Assembly (NCBI GenBank): GCA_950097015.1
Contig: CATNEN010000038.1
Span: 29,512,001-29,576,000 of the forward strand
DNA from: Macrostomum hystrix
Taxonomy: Eukaryota; Animalia; Platyhelminthes
Direction of reading: 5' to 3'
DNA: 64,000 bases
The notes beneath the pieces are model-generated. The model was not told the origin of the DNA. It did not search any database and saw nothing but the letters and a program-made list of their open reading frames with translations. The position numbers were made by a program, and so were the translations under genes. Of the stretch, positions 1 through 12,644 are shown piece after piece (position 1 is the first letter of the stretch; each line of letters opens with the position of its first letter).

Positions 1-51
1 TAAGAAAAAGATTAAATTGCTATGCATCACACAAAAATATCTGTCTGCGTC

Positions 52-157
52 TCAATCTACCCTCGTGGGAATTCGTCGACCCGCTCTGAACGGTGATGCG
101 CATACGGCAGGTCCAGAGTCGTTTATAACCAAGGCCGAGTAATTGCACCAGGCCATC
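52..157 (+). repeat. Degenerate ~100-bp copy of exon sequence ~1360-1466 lying in the upstream intron
   Basis: tcgtgggaattcgtcgacccgctctgaacgg(t/c)gatgcgcatacggca...ataaccaaggccgag occurs at both places; the upstream copy has an in-frame TAA. Confidence 0.9.
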
Positions 158-260
158 CTATTTGCGCCGAGCCCATGAGACTTTGCACAAAAAATCGGTT
201 TGCTTTTTTATTTAAGACAAATACCGGCATACAAAATTGCTTTCCAAAAAACCTTCACAG

Positions 261-980
261 ATCACGTGGATCATGACGCAGTATCGCTCAGCGGGTCATC
301 CGTAGCGGATCAGTCGCAAATTGGGGTTGCTTTTCCTTATCGCGTGGCCACGGTGCATAGTCCCAAGACTCTTTCCCAGCAGCAGCAGCAGCATCTGCCT
401 CCGTCCATTTCAACGGCGCCAAAAATGTACGAAGACGATGCCGATATTCGACGAAAACTGCACCAGAACTTGTCTAGCAGCGGTGGCAGCTCCACCGGAT
501 TGCAGTCTGCGTCCAAGCTTGAATCCAGCAGTGGCAGCGTTGTATCGACATCTTCCTCTATAGCCGGTGTCTCCAGCTTCTTCAATTCCTCTGGCACTTC
601 ATCAACTGGTCATCGGGCGACGAAGCCGGCAGCGCCGCCGCCACCGACTCGCGCTGTGCCAATCCCTGCGGCTGCAGCAGCTGCCGCAGCCGCCGTAGCC
701 GCCGCAGCAGCAGCTTCAACAAATGGCGGTCGAAAATCGCCGCCTCTTCCGCCTCCGCCACCGCCACCACCGCCGCCGTCGTCTTCTCAAGCCAGTCCGC
801 CTTTGCCATCGCCGCCGTCAGTTCAACTGCCTGAGGTTATCATCTTGAGTCACACCGGCGCCAATGGAAATATCGACGACAGCGGCAGTGTGAGCTCGGA
901 GGACCTGACTCCGGAATGGTCGTCGACGCCACAGAAGGCGCCACAGCAGCAGACATCATCGCCGGCGCCGCCTGCGCCTC

Positions 981-1011
<31 letters not shown>

Positions 1012-1630
1012 TCCTCCTTCCCAGCCGACGCTGCCGCAGATTCGCAAGCCGTCAGCGGCGCCGTCCTTGTCGGCAGCAGGAGTTCCCGCACAGGCACAGC
1101 AGCCGCAGACGGAGAACAGTCACGAGCGCGAACTGCGCGCACAAATTGAACAGCGCCGCAGACGCCTTGAGGCCGGCTTGAATCCCACTGATCAGGTGCG
1201 CGATCAGCTGATGCGCAAGTCCGGCGGAGCGTCGGTGCTTGTGACGCCACCGCCTCCACCGGCCAAGCCGAAGCCGCTAATTCACCCGCCGGTGCCACCT
1301 CAACATCAACAGCAGCAACAGCAGCAGCCGCCGCAGGCGCAGCAGCAGCAAATAACGCAGTCTACTACCGTCGTGGGAATTCGTCGACCCGCTCTGAACG
1401 GCGATGCGCATACGGCACGTCCAGAGTCGTTTATAACCAAGGCCGAGGAATTGCGCCAGGCCATCATAAAGCAGCGACAACAGCAGCAACAGCAGCAGCA
1501 GCATCAGGCAGCGCCGCCTCTGCCACCAGATGATTTCAGAGACGAAGCCGCATCGTTGCAGCAGCCACGTAGTCGCGGATTCTTCATCGGCTCGAACGCA
1601 GCTGGCGAGGTTGTGAAGGGACCGCTCTAA
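261..1630 (+). CDS. Terminal exon of an unidentified gene; Pro/Gln/Ser-rich low-complexity C-terminal region (possible cytoskeletal or scaffold protein)
   Basis: Long GC-rich ORF with poly-Pro tracts. Plausible acceptor ccttcacag|at at 259-260 and stop TAA at 1628-1630. Upstream exons lie outside the window. No domain recognised. Confidence 0.6.
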
Positions 1631-4584
1631 AATAATTGAGTTTTGCCCGACTGCTTTTTTAGACATGTTTTTTCGGTATATCCTCTATTCGGTATTTGTC
1701 TGCTTCATTGGTATTTAACTAAGCGTTCTCCGCTCGTTTTGCTTTTTTCATTGTGACGGCAGGATAGTTTATTTACTCAATGCTTACATTATTTAAAGGG
1801 CTGTGTTTATTGCGGTCTGTCTTTCCCAAGGTAGTCAGAACTGCTCTTCTAAAAATTCAAGCTCGTAGTACTTTAATTGTCGAGAGCCAATTAATCTTTC
1901 TCACTTCAAAATATAGGTGGATGTTAATTTTGATTGATACCACATACTAACTTAAGATTGTACCAATTGACACCCCAGTATTGTTGTTTTAAGAGCGCAA
2001 TTGTGATAACTTGAACTCATGATTCTTTATATTCAAACTAGATGATGCTGCCTTACTATTTTGATGTGCTTCTAGTGAATTATATTTGTCGTCCTTGTAC
2101 TTTCCTCATTAGATTCATTTTTTATTAAAAAATATTTTCCTTCTAGTATTGTCTAGTTCCAGTGGCTGAGCGACTGAAAAGTTTCTTTTTTTTCTCCACT
2201 TTCGATTTCTTTCAATGGACTTTCTGAGTGCAGATCATCTTGACTTTGTAATAAGCGAAGGAATTTGATTTTTTTACGCTTAAAAATGTTTTAGCAAAAT
2301 TGCATTAGTTAGCTGCTCATTAAGGTCACTTGCTTCTAGGACTAAATGATTTCTTGCTGGTCTTCAAGAACAACTCGTACTTCAATTGTACGAAGTAATT
2401 TTTGTCGCAATTATTTTTATAAACTACATACTGCTACATACATTTTAAATCATTCCGGAAACGAAGAATAACTAACTTTGTTATAACAAAAAACTTCTGA
2501 GCGCCTATGTTTACTGAAGAAGAATTTGTTATACCATCTCGTAAATACTGTGCCACAATATACTATCTTACTGTATCACCGATTTAATAATTTTTTTTTC
2601 TCATATAACAGCTACCGAAAGCCCCGAGAGCCTGTGCTTAGGGACCAACAACAAAGCGACTTTTGCTAAAAAGTTTCCTATTTTTATTTAGTAACGACCG
2701 ATAATTTTTTAAAAAATATTCAACAATTTCACATTCCAATTGAACATTCCACTCCCACTCCTGAGGTCCAACTCAAGCTAATGATAATAAAGCTATTTTT
2801 TTTTCGTTTAAGATCCTCAATTTTCTACAAGTTTTGCTCAGCGCTCTAAAACTTTCACTTTCAACTGTGATATCAGATGCAGATTATTTAGCTACTCAGA
2901 GAACTATATATTATAAATTTTCACTGTAATATCCTGTGCAACTGTGCTTTTCCTCCTAAAATATGATTTAAAAGTTTAATATTCGGTAATAAAACAAGGA
3001 ATTAGTGCGTGACTGTAAGATTTCATAAAGCAATTTTGCTGCGTGCAAAAATATTCTAACTGCGATTTTTGTAATTGGACTTTAAATTAAAGTGAATCGA
3101 TAGGGTCGATTTTTATGCTTATATTGTTTGCTTTTATTTTAGTATTTCCGTACTTCACTTAGATTCGTTCGTGTGTAGCCCCATTCATCATAAATTGCAT
3201 ATGTGACGTCATCAATCGGCTGTTAATAAAAAGCTTAAATCGCGAATGTTCTGTTCGTATTTTACTGGACATTGGTCTCCGCTTTGCTTTGTTATAAATG
3301 TGTGGGCATGTCCTTTTGCCTAAATCGTTTTTCTTTAATTATGTTTTCAACGCAAAAGCACTTATTAAATTGTAATGATGTTAATTCATGCTTGCGCTAA
3401 TGGCGTAAAATTAAAAATTGTCAATCTCCTTTCTAAACAGATTTACGCACACATATCCATGGCAACGTTTATTGTATTTCCATAAATATGAACTGTACTC
3501 GCACTCGGCAAGCAGTTTACGCGAGAGCTTTATTTAGGCTGGAGCGATATTTTACTTTCGGTCCAGAAAAGCAAATTAATTTTCGTTTTTGCCTCTGGCG
3601 TTTGGATTAATTTCATTTACGGGTACATACAGGGTTAATAATAATGTAATTATTATTCTTTTTTATATTGGTATTAAATATTTTTTATAATTGTCGAATA
3701 ATTGCCGCAATAAGAGTTTTCTTAGAAGCCCGTGTTAAGTCCAGCCAACTGCTAGTGGTTCCGTGACAGTAGTGAAACACCACGCTATTTTATCTCGTGG
3801 AGGAAGACCATGGGGTATTTCAAATACCCATACTGCCTACTTCAGTGCACGATAGCTTCCAAACCGAATGACCGATTTTTGTGAAAATTTACAATTTAAT
3901 CAATCGAAAACAGTCAATTCAGTGATGCCCGACATGGTTACATGATGAGACTTTGTGAGCAGAAGAATCATGCCCATTTTGGTGGTTTTTTGCCACCAGG
4001 CACCCCGACGAGAACCGTTGATTATCTCGACGATGCAGATGTTTTGTGATTCTGGAAGTCGGATAGAGCGGAAAATTTTAGCCTGTGTTCTGGATTTTCA
4101 TGGTGATTGCTTAGATATATTGGGAGATACAGAAAAAAGAAAATGAGGTATTTGAAATAACCATGTTGTCTTTCGACTGTTAAGATAACGTCGATGTCAA
4201 AAAGGTCTGCATGTACGAGTACTTGTCGAGTTGACTCGACGTGTATACGGACGTCCTTCAGGATGGTGCACGGTCGGCAAAGTAGATCATCATGGCGTGA
4301 AGCTCTCTTTGAGTGCCACATGCTGAAGAGCACACTAGCCTCGAATCGGCGTGACGATCGATCACTGTCTGGTGCTGTCGGTGCTAGTGCGTCTCCAACA
4401 ACAGAGCAAAGACTGCTATACTTTAGTACTTTTTAACCCTACAATTAAATAAAAATCACGACAGTCTATTTTTGTTCAACTTGCATCCAATTCCGACAGT
4501 CTCGCAGTCTTATTCTGACACTTAGCAAGCGTTTCAGTCAGCTTGTAATGCGTTTACGACACTTGCCATTCATTTCCGTCAATG

Positions 4585-4700
4585 AATTCCCGATTCGCCG
4601 AAATTCCCGATTCGCCGATTCCCGATTCGCCGAATTCCCTATTTGCCGAAATTCCCGATTCACCGATTCCCGATTCACCGAATTCCCTATTTGCCGAAAA
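4585..4700 (+). repeat. ~14-16 bp minisatellite (attcccgattcgccga)
   Basis: About 7 visible tandem units; the same family occurs inverted at ~8410-8620. Confidence 0.9.
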
Positions 4701-4963
4701 TATTGTTGCTATGGTTTAGCATACTAACAACGTTTCACAGAGAAGTTGATTGTTTAACGATGTTTCGCAGATTTAACCATAGACTATTGGTTAGCTATGT
4801 TGAGTTATATTTTGGAATTAAAACAAATCAAAACAACATTTCGCATTAACAAAACTAATAACGTGTTTTACAATACAAGCAATAAATATTACTATTCCGT
4901 TCACATTGTTATGGGACCTCGATATAGTTTATTCCCTATATTGAAATGACGAAACTTGGCGAC

Positions 4964-6175
4964 TTACGTCCCTTTGATTTGGAAGCTGCAGTTTTCGAAT
5001 TTTCCGTTGAAATTTAGGACGAGTGTTGTTTTTTTCTCACTGTCGTTGGCTGTCATATGCACAATCCCCGGCTCCGCCGCCTCAGCACTAGTGGCAGAGG
5101 CTCCGACGCTAGACTCGATTACCATCATTGGCGCTACAACATCGTCAGCACCTTCGGCAGCTCCGTCGCATAACGGCTTGACATCGGTATTCCAGTTACT
5201 TGTAGTTGCTAGTGGTCGCTCCAGCGCTTTACTTACAGCAATCGAAACTTGTTTAATGGACCGATCGCGTCTTCTCGACAAGTAACGCCGGACAGTCGAC
5301 TTGGCCCTCTGCCCAGTAATAGTCATGATTTCGTCCAGCTTGTGTCCACATTCATGCAAATCCGAAATACGCGTGACCCGGATGCAATGATTAGTGTACA
5401 TTTTTGACAACTGGCAGATCTCGCTCAGGTGACGCATGAAGTTAGCTAGCCAATTAATGCCTCTAACCTGGTTACTTGAAAAACGAAGGTTACCGCTTCC
5501 ATCGTTTGCCAGTGGGCGTGGAAAGAAGGATGAATCTTTTGTGTTCTCCGGTAGCAGCTTTAAGTAGTCGACGACAAGATCTCGCTGCTGTCCATAGAGG
5601 CGAGCTTGCTTTGCTGAGTTGTTCTTAGCACGCGTTGGATCAGTCGATTGATTCTTCGTTGGCAGATCTGGCAGGCTCAGATATGGTTGGCTATCAGCAT
5701 CTATTCCTTCTACCAAGGTGCCCTTCTTCTTGAGATATTTAAGATGTTCTTGGCCGCGCTCACCTAATGTATAGAGTAATGTGAAGAGCACTTCATCCTG
5801 AACACGTTCTGCTGTGCTTCTATCAAAGTATTTCCGCAATCGCTCTAGGTCTCCTTCCTCAATTGGCGGATATTGTCTTCTGACAGCACCAGATCCATTG
5901 TATTCGCGTACTTTGACGCGTAGCATTCTATTAGCGGCAGCAAACTCTCCTCCAGAAATGATATATCCACAGAACGCTTAAGAACGATGCAAAAGTAGCC
6001 GGCACGGATGCAAACCACTAGGTAGATGTAGTGCGTCACTAGGTAGATCCGGTAATGATATGTCCAGCACCGACTGATCTTCACGGGCGGGATCTTATAA
6101 GAAGTTGACAAATTTCAGTAGATCAGCGTCCTCCGAGTGGTCCGTTGCACTCAGCATTGAAAGAAAATCCATTTC
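4964..6175 (-). mobile_element. Crypton-type (DUF3504-like) tyrosine recombinase; C-terminal 320 aa open, N-terminal part disrupted
   Basis: Motifs LGERGQEH (catalytic Arg), GINWLANFM, YTNHCIRVT (HxxR) and ITGQRAKSTVRRY (catalytic Tyr), plus the tail LNFNGKFENCSFQI. Upstream segments VCIRAG and ISGGEFAAANRML are in different frames, and there is an in-frame stop near 6096. Confidence 0.85.
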
Positions 6176-6552
6176 GCTAGCAGATACTCCGTTAAAAGAG
6201 TCGGTCGGCAAGTTTTTCCAATGTATTAGATGCAATTTTGGAATCAGTGCAGACAGTGAAACTTATAACTTGTAGTTAAACGCAAACCCTTTGCATTTCT
6301 CTACTCCTTTTCGCTCCAATAGTCTATGGCACAGCTTAGCAGAGTCCAACCTATGTATTCCTCTACTGCTTTTCACTCCATATGGCACAGTTGTAGCCAT
6401 AGACAATACACACTCAGTGAAGTCTAGAACGTTTCTGATTCGATGAGGCATCGTTAAACAATCGGCATTAAACAATCGGCGTTAAACAATGCTTCAGCGT
6501 TAAATAATGCTTCAAGTCGAGTATGCCAAACCACAGTAACAATAAGCTTAGT

Positions 6553-6630
6553 CATATGGTACAAGAGGTAGCCACTCTTGTGGCGTAGCCACTCGTGATT
6601 TTGCTTATTGTTTACCTCTTGTACCATATG
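6553..6630. other. Inverted repeat/hairpin, probable Crypton subterminal structure
   Basis: catatggtacaagaggta (6553-6570) and tacctcttgtaccatatg (6613-6630) are a perfect 18-bp inverted pair enclosing gtggcgtagccactcgtg. Confidence 0.6.
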
Positions 6631-7464
6631 AATAATCTCCCATTGCTAAGAACATTTTTTGCTGAGCTACCGTACCTCATTACACTTTTACTTTCGGCTC
6701 TACAAGGATGTCCAGCAAGTTTAGCTTTTTCCGCAGTACGTGTGATGTTCTTCTTTGCTCACTCAATCTACGTTCCAGAAAGTTAATAAAGTTTAGAAGC
6801 AAGTTTACAAGTTAATGAATGAAGAAAGTGCACTTCATTTAAGTTAGTTTTTCAATTAATTTCAATACAATAAAAATAGAGTTCCAATTATCGTAGGGCT
6901 CCTCTCTTCCTCTGTACTTTATCCCACCGATACTCTTTTATTAATATGAAAAATTGCTTATTTCACACCTTGAATTAATCTTTGAAATAACTCTTAGTTT
7001 CCTTTGTCAATGACTTAATTAAACTTCATAGGCTGGCTATGTACCCTTTTATTTCATATGCATATATTGCTTAAATTGGCCAGATAGGTTGCTTTCTTTC
7101 CAAAAATGGTAGCGTTCGCACGAGTGTCCGAGCGGCAAGACACTTTTTCCTCTCCTTACTTACTCATAAACTATCTAGCTTTCTGGTTTGTTCCCAGTCT
7201 TTCAAGGCCCAACTTTGCACACAGTGCTATTCCACAAATCGGGATTTACCCTCTGCTCTTTAGTTATTACACTCTACTGCTTTTGATAACTATGTGACGT
7301 TGTCACTTGTTGAAGGCACCCCTGCGCCCCTACAATATTACTCTATGCGTTAATTATATGCTTAATTTCCAAATTATGTACTTGCGAGGGCCGTTTTAAC
7401 TCATCGTATAATATTATCCAATTCTGTTAATTTATATTAGTAAGTCAAATTATTAGTGCGCTAC

Positions 7465-7948
7465 TGTCAGTAACCATAAACGTATATCGCGCCATTCTAG
7501 CTATTTACTACGCGTATCTTAATGTATTTTCCCCCCGGCCAATGAGCGTGCGAGCTCTGGTTGGCCGGAAGTATCGATCGCTGTGTTTTTCAATCAGCCT
7601 AGTTTACTTAATCAAGGGCTTCAGGCCCGCTCGCGCTTTACTCTCCTTTCGTGCGGCCTTCTTTCTTTCCGGCCCGCTCGCGCTCCACTGGTTCTGCGCT
7701 CCACTGGTTCTTTCTTCCGGCCCGCTCGCGCTCCACTGGTTCTTTCTTCCTCACTTTCGTTCTTGCGCTCTTCCGTTATCGCCATTCTCGCTCTTCTACG
7801 TTTCGTGCCGTGACTTTTCTCACTCACTACACTCCACTACATTCGGTTCTGACACTCACCATTACGAGCTCCTACGCCTTACATTACACCCTGCTTGTCG
7901 ACGTCCCAGTGCATACGGAATAAAAGTGCTACCGCTACGTCACCAACA
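7465..7948 (+). mobile_element. Candidate solo LTR
   Basis: TG...CA ends (tgtcagtaac...caccaaca), CCAAT box, internal direct repeats (ggcccgctcgcgctccactggttc), AATAAA at 7919 and near-TSD ctac/ttac. Confidence 0.45.
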
Positions 7949-8409
7949 TTACTGACTTTGAATTGCCGAACTTACAATTGCCGCTGCTCAGACTTCGATT
8001 TCGTCCTTTGTGTTTTAATCGTCACAACTATTTCCTTCTTTATTCTTTCGAATATTCACTGACTTGTACGTGCTATCACAGACCTGCTTTTCTCCTTCTC
8101 TCTGAATGAAATGTTTTGAAACACTTTGAGACTTATTCTCCTTTATTTCAACTCTGAACTGGGCACGGGGCACCGGTTGGAGGTTTGGGCTAGATTGCGG
8201 TTATATTTATAGCGATATTTGAGGCGGGTGGTAAAACACATAAAAACAAAATATAAAATTGGGGAAAAGCATTTGGTGGGAATCAAGTTATCAAGTCAAG
8301 TTACAAATCTACGATAAAATTAGGGCCTGCCTCACAATATTTGACCAACACTCAAAGAGGGCAATGGTTATGTTGTTTAATTTTTATTTATGATAAAGTA
8401 AGATGTATT

Positions 8410-8620
8410 GAATCAGGATTCGGCGAATCAGGATTCGAGTCAGGAATTTCGGCAAATCGGGAATTCGGCGAGTCAGGAATTTCGGCGAATCGGGAATTCG
8501 GCGAGTCAGAAATTTTAGCGAATCGGGATTCGGCGAAGCGGGAATTTCGGCGAATCGGGATTCGGCGAATCGGGAATCGACGAATCGGGAATCCGCGAAT
8601 CGGGATTCGGCGAATCAGGA
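8410..8620 (-). repeat. Minisatellite (tcggcgaatcgggaat)n, inverted relative to 4585-4700
   Basis: Tandem units are the reverse complement of the 4585 array. Confidence 0.9.
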
Positions 8621-9351
8621 GTAAACCAAAATTTATGAATGCAGACCCCCCGGTAAGGACTTTGACTTTGTGCCTTCATCATTCTCAAAAAATTTGTCTA
8701 AAGGTGCAGTTGATCATGGTGTACAATGGTGTACAATGGTGTACAATTCTCTGTATAAATATTAGAGCACAATTATGTTACGACACATATGTTATTGTAG
8801 AAATGCAGAAAAATGCTCATTTGACATGATACGATTTAACAAAAAATTTTCATTTTCGGGGGGGGGTATGCCCCCCTATAAAGTTCGGGGGGACAGCTGC
8901 CCCCCCGCCCCTCCCCCTAGATCCGCCATTGCCAAAAGTACATCGCAATGCAATAGATATGTTCAAAATAAAATACGCGAAAGTTCGGATGTCAAATTTG
9001 TGCGCAGTCGGCGCTTTACAAAAGATGTAATATCAGAAATACAAATTTTCAAAACCATAATTTAAAGAAAAACAGTTAATTTATTCATATATTTAGGTTT
9101 AATTTTTGTGTGTTTGTTTAGACATTTAGTCTGATTAGCTTTTGTTTTACTCTAAAGAGGTTTCAGTAAAGGCATGCCTGTTTAAGCTAAGCTAAAGCTT
9201 CTTGAACGCAGCCTTATTTATTAAGCAGTCGCGAGTTAAAATAAGAACAGGCAGTCGCAGATGGCATGGCGCCATTCAGGTGGCGTGAGCCGCTTAGCCG
9301 CCGTGAGCGTGATCGGCTTAGCCGCCGGGCTGGATAAGTGCACCTACCCCC

Positions 9352-9722
9352 CACTCGACGGCAGAGCTCTAGACGGGGAAAAAGCTTAAAATATCTCTCG
9401 TCTAGCCTGGAAAAAGCTCGTCTGTTAAGCTTTCTTCTATGGACTAGACCGGAAAAAGCTCTTCTGTTTTAAAATACTAGTAATTCAATTTTTTTTAAAA
9501 TCCTGTTTATACAATTTACATGTTCTTTCAATGCGAAAATTACTAGGGCCTATTGCTGCTTGACAGATTTTATAGTCAATATTTTTTCTTCAAGTTGACT
9601 CTTGATAGCAAACCTAATTTTCCGGTCTAGTCCATTGAAGAAAGCTTAACAGACGAGCTTTTTCCAGGCTAGACGAGAGATATTTTAAGCGTTTTCCCCG
9701 TCTAGACCTCTGCCGTCGGGTG
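9352..9722. mobile_element. MITE with ~105-bp terminal inverted repeats and 7-8 bp TSD (taccccc)
   Basis: cactcgacggcagag...ggactagaccggaaaa mirrored by ttttccggtctagtcc...ctctgccgtcgggtg; taccccc on both flanks. Confidence 0.9.
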
Positions 9723-11011
9723 TACCCCCCGGCTAAACACCGGTCGGGAGGGTTGGTGCAGACCGTGCAGGTAGTCCGGCAGCTACAACATTTAGTTTAT
9801 TGCAATCGGAAAAGTTTTAACGAAATTATGGACTCTTTTCTTATCAATCAGCCCCATCGGGTGGGGTCGACTTGCCTCTCCTACGCACACCCACGCCTAC
9901 TTTATAATTAAAACTTTAGAATAGAAAGCAGTTCATAACGGTTGATAACAGTTGATAATGATATCTACTATGCCCTAGTTTTGTTTACAGAGTTTATACA
10001 AACCGGACCTTGTTCTTGAGTTCAGTTCAGATTGCGGAAAACACGCAGGATAACCTAACGTGTGTGTTAGCTTCAGGCCTTAACTTGTTGTCTATTTATG
10101 GAGAACAAATTAACACAGACCCTTGTCATTAAATAGAGTTAAGGTTAAATAAAATAAAATAAAATTAGACTTTGGCCCCTAGGCCCCCTATATAATGTTA
10201 ATTTTATGCGCACCTGTGACCTTCCACCATCTCGATCTCACATTTTTATGTTGAATGTAAATTGCTCCTGCTATTCCATTTTTCAGCAAGAAGATAGAGT
10301 TAGAAATCGATTATTTTAAACAATTGTTTTTCTATTAGGCTTAGGGCCTAATATTGTAAGAAAAATAACATACTAGGGCCTACTGTATTAATCTAGGTAT
10401 GTTCAATTTCAAAATTTCAATTGTGACTTAAGTGACTTGTTGCCTAAATGGTTGTCACCAAGACACCAAAGGGCAAAGTGGTTTGTAGCCTGAATGTAGT
10501 AGATTCTCTATGACTTTGTCTATTGACTGAACCTACTTGATATTTGTTTTGTCAGATTTGTGGCCATTTGTCATTTCAATTTGCCAATTCTCAATTGTTG
10601 CTACATAGATAGCCTATAGGGTTGGCTTCATGAGATGCCTTCATTATGCTCTGCAGCTCTGAGAGCTAATAAAAAAGCTTGATATAAATTTATTAGCCTA
10701 GTGATACATTCATATGTTATGTGATCAAATGTGATCAAAAGGCCTAAGTCTAGGCCTACTTCTTGATTCTGATAGGCCTAGCTGACAATATTACTATATT
10801 AGGGCCTAGCCAGCTAAAGTTAGATAGGCCTATGAATTTCTGTGAATTACATTTACCCAAGTCATTGTCTATCTGTCCAGTGTCCATCATTTAGTCTTAG
10901 GCCTTGCCCAAAACCTATCCCAGAGTATAGTTTTTGTCAGAATATTGCCTACATTTGCCACTTAATTATATATTTTTGTCCTAGCATTGTAAGCCTTAGG
11001 GCTTTAGTATA

Positions 11012-11654
11012 GGGTAATGTATCATCAACCGAACAGTGTATCTTCAAAACCGAACAAGAATTTTGTCTCCTTCCTTGGTCTTGTGCAAGACAGAAACAAG
11101 CGTTTGTGTTTCACAGAACAACTGATTTGAAAGTTAAAGTAATTATCTACAAGCTGAGGCATGATGTGCAATGAAGCATTAAAAGGAAAGAAAGATATTG
11201 ATGTTTCAGTAGAAATTTTTATTGCAAAAGCATACTTTTTAACAACATTTTTTCAGTATGTACTTTAGACAAAGATTGTATGTGGTTGCTTGCCAATTAA
11301 ATGACCATTAATATAGTTATTTATAGAGCATGAAAAATGCTTTCAAATGACATAACTCATGATAGTTCACTCCTTAAAAAAAGATTAAACCACTCACTCA
11401 AATTGTAAAACCAAACATCAAATTCTCTGTTTGGTTTGAAGATACATGAAAATAATTGTTCGGTTTTAGATAAAAAGCAGGAATAACTTTTTTTCTATTT
11501 GACAAAATAGCAAAAGCAGATACTTTTTAGAAAGATGTAACTGTTTTCTATAACTTGGCTTTTGATTTATCATCATAACTTAAAAAGAAAATCTGTAGCT
11601 TATGTTTGAAGTAAAAAAAATACACATTCTTGTTTGGTTGATGATACATTGCCC
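11012..11654. mobile_element. Non-autonomous TIR element with TA TSD (Tc1/mariner-pogo-like MITE)
   Basis: TA|gggtaatgtatcatcaaccgaaca ... tgtttggttgatgatacattgccc|TA, plus an internal related inverted pair (gtatcttcaaaaccgaaca / tgtttggtttgaagatac). Confidence 0.8.
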
Positions 11655-12644
11655 TAGGATTAACAGAAAGGGTATCCATAGAATGTATGATTTATAGGCC
11701 TATTTCCCAGTAAAAGAACAAAAGAAGCCATTCATATATAGTCACTGCAATCATATTTTTTGACTAACTTATAAAGCTACTATCCAATCAATTGAATTTT
11801 AAATTAATAATAAACTAGGCCACTATTTTTTAATCTAGGTTGGATATGGTCAACATATTATTGGTATAGGGGGTCTATATCAAACAGGTTTGGATCCTAT
11901 CAGACCCCTTAATCCTCTAGTAAGTATGTCAACTATGCAACTAATACAAATTTTATAATAATAGTTAATAAAGTTAATACCTAATTTCAAACTTTATGTT
12001 TTCAGTGCCATTGGCTATAACTCCAAATCTAATCAATTGTCAACATTAAATTGATAAAGTTTTGTGCTTCACATACTCCAACAGCGTTTCTACCCTATAA
12101 ACCATGTAAGTACTTGTTTCTCATTATGTGGTTTCATTTTCTGCCTAGTTTTTTTGTTAATATAGTTTTCCAATTTTGCAAATGTTTATACTTTTAATTT
12201 GTTATTAGCTATTAATATTGCATCAAATATTATGTTTCTGATGAAGAAAAAATCTATTTTTATTTATAGTAGTGTTAACAATTTGAATTCAGTTGTGTTA
12301 ATATTCTGACACACCCAATGTGATCCATTTAGATATCACCCACCGTAAAGCCTTTAAAGTGAGTATATTTTCATGTTAATTACAGCCTGCTTTACCAGAG
12401 TGTTAGATTAATTTCCTTCATGGTTCATCCTGGTTGGTGTATCAAATCTGCCTTGGTTGCTTGGAATGCTAAAATTATTTCTAAGCTGTGCTCCAAATAA
12501 AATACTTAAGCGAATGTAGTCAGTTTGTTCACCAACCTAAAAAGTTAATTTTAGAGAGATTCAAAGCAATAGAGGATGAGAAGGAAAGGAGAAACAAGAA
12601 GAAAAATAAAAATGTACTTCAAGCAGTACTTTACAATACTAAGC

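Noticed and set aside
3955-4436. Short ORFs next to the Crypton as a possible second element gene
   Set aside because: No recognisable motif or consistent reading frame.
4964-5926. Phage integrase or bacterial contamination/HGT
   Set aside because: Motif pattern and C-terminal tail fit eukaryotic Crypton YRs; it is embedded among eukaryotic repeats and a second decayed copy is present.
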